Origin: Eledone cirrhosa
Taxonomy: Eukaryota
NCBI GenBank assembly: GCA_964016885.1
Contig: OZ024750.1
Span: forward strand, 48,360,001 to 48,424,000
Length of the DNA stretch: 64,000 nucleotides
Reading direction: 5' to 3'
How positions within the stretch are numbered: position 1 is the first letter of the stretch; each line of letters opens with the position of its first letter. The notes under the pieces are model-generated. The model ran no database searches. It had not been told where the DNA came from and saw nothing but the letters and a program-made list of their open reading frames with translations. Positions 60,773 through 64,000 of this stretch are shown here, piece after piece. Made by a program: the position numbers and the translations under genes.

Positions 60773-60813
60773 AAATATGGTTTTATAAATATAGTTTCCA
60801 TTTGTTAATATCG

Positions 60814-60850
<37 letters not shown>

Positions 60851-61344
60851 ATGTATGTGTGTATGTGTGTGTGCGTTCGTGTCTGTGTGTGTGTGTGTGT
60901 TTAAAATTCATACAAACATACACAGTGGGGTTTTTTTATGCAATCATTTACCATTCATCCTCTTCGGGTTTGATAATGCGGAAACCCATGGGAATTGTAT
61001 TGACACAATTGTTGAAATGTGCAAACGTTATATTGTACATTATATGTACCAGTTTTATTCATTATGAGTTCAAATCTTAGCTCATGTCACCAGATAAGCG
61101 TTAACACATTTGCCAGGACCTCCTCGACTGAACAAAATCTAAAGAGTGTCCCATTACTTTTCCCATCTCATCGATCTTAATTTTTATTTCACCATTTTCC
61201 ATTAAGCTTTCGTCGCATCTTTAAGCTACCTCTTCATTTACCGTGCGTCAAACAATGATCAGTGCATTATGTTTTAACCAGTATTTCTCTCTGTAGCAAG
61301 ATTTGGCTTAAATATATTATTGTTATTACTTGTAATACGAAAAT

Positions 61345-61565
61345 GGCGGGGGATTGGCAGTACCTGTAGGGTTTCAGATAACATGCTTTGTGGCATTTAG
61401 GTACGGACGTTTACGTTGTGAGTTCGAATCCCGCCTAGATTTGCTTTGCATTTCCTGCTTTCTATGTTGATGAAATGCAGTACCAATAGTGCACTAAGGT
61501 CGACTTGATTTCTCTTCCGGTATTCCAAGGAATGTTTCGCCCTATGCCTAAATCAGGAACCAATA
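61345..61565 (+). mobile_element. Old diverged SINE
   Basis: ggattggcagtac..gagttcgaatcccgcc..cagtaccaa. Confidence 0.65.
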
Positions 61566-62761
61566 TCTAAATTAAGAAAAAGGTGCTGGATAGTCAGAAC
61601 TGTTCGACAATCGGAAGATAAGCTTAGCGGTAATTGTTCCGTCACATTACATCCAGATTTCTTATTCCAACGATGTCACATTGCATTTCATCATAGCAGA
61701 GACAATAAATACAATACCAGTCAAGTACTGGAGTCCAAATTGTTGGCATTGCTCTTAAATTTGACACCATGATTTGTAATGCGAAAACAATAGAAAAAAT
61801 TCGCAACTCTAAAAAAAAAATAAGAAATAAAACATTAATGTATTAGCATGTCAAATTGTATTGTACCTCCTCTCAGCTTTCCTAGATATGATTTGTTTGT
61901 TATCGTGTTGTGTTGTATATCGACCAAATTTATGAGAATGGCAATTGTTAATCTGTCATTTATTTATGAAAAAATATTTGAGTTGTTACACTTTAAGTGT
62001 CAAATTCTCAAATCAATAAATTTATTTTAGACTTTTATGACCTTTCCACCCACAATGTTGTTCTCAATGACAAAATAAATATAAATCTTGCATCGACTAA
62101 TGTTTAATGGAATTAAATCTGTATTTTCGCCCATCACAAGTGGAACTAATTATTATTGAAAATTAAATACATTCTATTAGTCTAAATTAATCAGTGGTTA
62201 CATCAAAAACGTTATAATGTCCCTAGATATGCCTTCGATTATTCATTCATTTTATCATCATTTTAAGTTAATTTGGAATTAGTGTAAACAATTTCAGCTT
62301 AAGATATTACTGTTACGAGTAAATAATTCCAGGAATATAACTAATACAACAGGTATAACCAACATCAATAACTTAAACTCGCTTTTATGTATATAAAGCA
62401 CAGCTGACGAATAGTATTGTAATTCGGTGAAAATGTACACATTTAATAACTATATATTAAATACGTAATTAGTGATAGAGGTTGCTGAAATTGCTTGAAA
62501 CAGCAGCCCAAATACACATATATTATTCTGCTCTTATTAAACGTAAAAAACAATCCATTATAGAATATGTTCACAGATACATGTGGATGGAAGGAATGAT
62601 ATTATAAGTTTGAATAATCAAGGTCGTTTCAGCACTATTTTCTTGCAAATAACAAAGTAAGGAAGTGTTATTGAATGTTTTAGTAAAGTAAGTATGTAGT
62701 GAATCAGTCAATAAAATATACAGATATATGGCGAAAGCATTATTATGTCCATTTCATGGAT

Positions 62762-62952
62762 GGGCGGTGAATTGGCAGTACCGGTAGAGGGTCGAGTGGC
62801 ATGCTTTGAGGCATAGAGTTATGGCCCTTTCCATTCTGATTCAAAACCTGCCGACGTTAACATTGTCTTTCATCACTATGGGGTCGCTAAAATAAAGTAC
62901 CATTAATGCGCTCGGAAATTGCTGTTATTGTGCCAAAAGTAGAAACAATTAT
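62762..62952 (+). mobile_element. SINE copy
   Basis: gggcggtgaattggcagtaccggtagaggg..ttgtgccaaaagtagaaacaattat. Confidence 0.85.
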
Positions 62953-63407
62953 TATACCCATTGCTATCCTTTCCCACAATTTGACCTTATGTTACATCCA
63001 TTTTACACATTCTCCCGATGCTGCTAGACAGCTTGCTGGCAACATCCTACTATGTCATCTTCATAAAAGACTAACATTGAATAAATTTATTATTTTTCTC
63101 TCTATTTATTTCCTTGTAAAATTGATAGTACGTTAAATCGTTAACATTGTATTGTATATTCAATAGAAATCACCCAGTATTGTACATCTACCGTATACAT
63201 GTTCCTTTGAATTTGGTCGAAAAGACTAATTCCATAGTATTTTGCCATTGTAGCTTCTTCCTTTGTTGTCTCGGTATCGCTGGTCACACAGGTCAGACAA
63301 ATACTGTCTGTCTGACACACAAACATCTGCTTTATCACAAGGAATCGGCTAGAAAATTTAGTATGTACTGGTATACATTCATTGTGTGTCACGTGTGCTT
63401 AGATTTA

Positions 63408-63456
<49 letters not shown>

Positions 63457-64000
63457 CAATATGTTGAGAAGGTAACACACCAGTGAGAACTGTATAGTGC
63501 GTTATCAATAATAGAGGGAAATAAACAACTTGTTGGTGAAACATATCTTTGGATGTGTACGTGTGATATATATAGTTATAGAGGTATTTATTCAGGCTTT
63601 AATTTATATTTTTAATGATCGTGTCTATAGTCTGCCTTGCATAGGTTATAGATTCTATACACTGGTGGGTTTTTTTCCCTGTATTATTGATAACGCAATA
63701 TATCTCTCTCTGGTGTGTTACCTTCTCAACATATTGTATTTTATAGAGCTCAGGATCTCTTCTCCTTTGAGCACATTATTTACAGGGAATAGCGAGGGCC
63801 TATGCCTCCGTTAATTTATCGTTATGTATATATATATATATATAGCTAATTTTTGTTGGACCGCCAATCGCTATAAATAATCAGCTCCTGGTAATCACTG
63901 GAATTCTATAAGGATCCGGTTACTATTATCTCCATCGAAAGCAGGAGAGTACGTGGCTCTGATTTACAGCAGCCAGTGTGAAACAGCCTGTCAGCTTCTC

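Larger units (their letters stand above)
59212..60812. mobile_element. Inverted pLTR-like pair (arms ~59212-59600 and ~60440-60812)
   Basis: ~370-bp inverted arms, each with a family G hammerhead. Confidence 0.72.

Noticed and set aside
62400-62450. CTGACGA..GAAA with a possible stem III
   Set aside because: Stems I and II do not pair; likely chance

Overview
Non-coding, repeat-saturated animal genomic DNA. It is AT-rich, with very long (TA)n tracts, a dominant tRNA-derived SINE and decayed LINEs. The repeat style suggests an octopod cephalopod, but that is inference. No host gene can be called, and most ORF-track entries are microsatellite artefacts. Recognisable content: two Penelope-like (Naiad-type GIY-YIG) fragments, LINE relics (CR1, RTE x2, RTE-X, R4/Dong x2, L1/Tx1), about 20 SINE copies (several with target-site duplications), a non-autonomous Helitron, a foldback MITE-like element and three minisatellites. 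The main unexplained signal is a dense set of type I hammerhead ribozyme (HHR) motifs: about 14 complete or near-complete copies from at least 7 sequence-distinct families, plus half-motifs and a core variant. They sit in short repeats embedded in or next to (TA)n tracts and often occur as inverted pairs. Two families lie directly downstream of the Penelope-like ORFs. One is a ~460-bp tandem, circularly permuted non-coding unit resembling a retrozyme. All folds were read by eye, and no cleavage activity is demonstrated.
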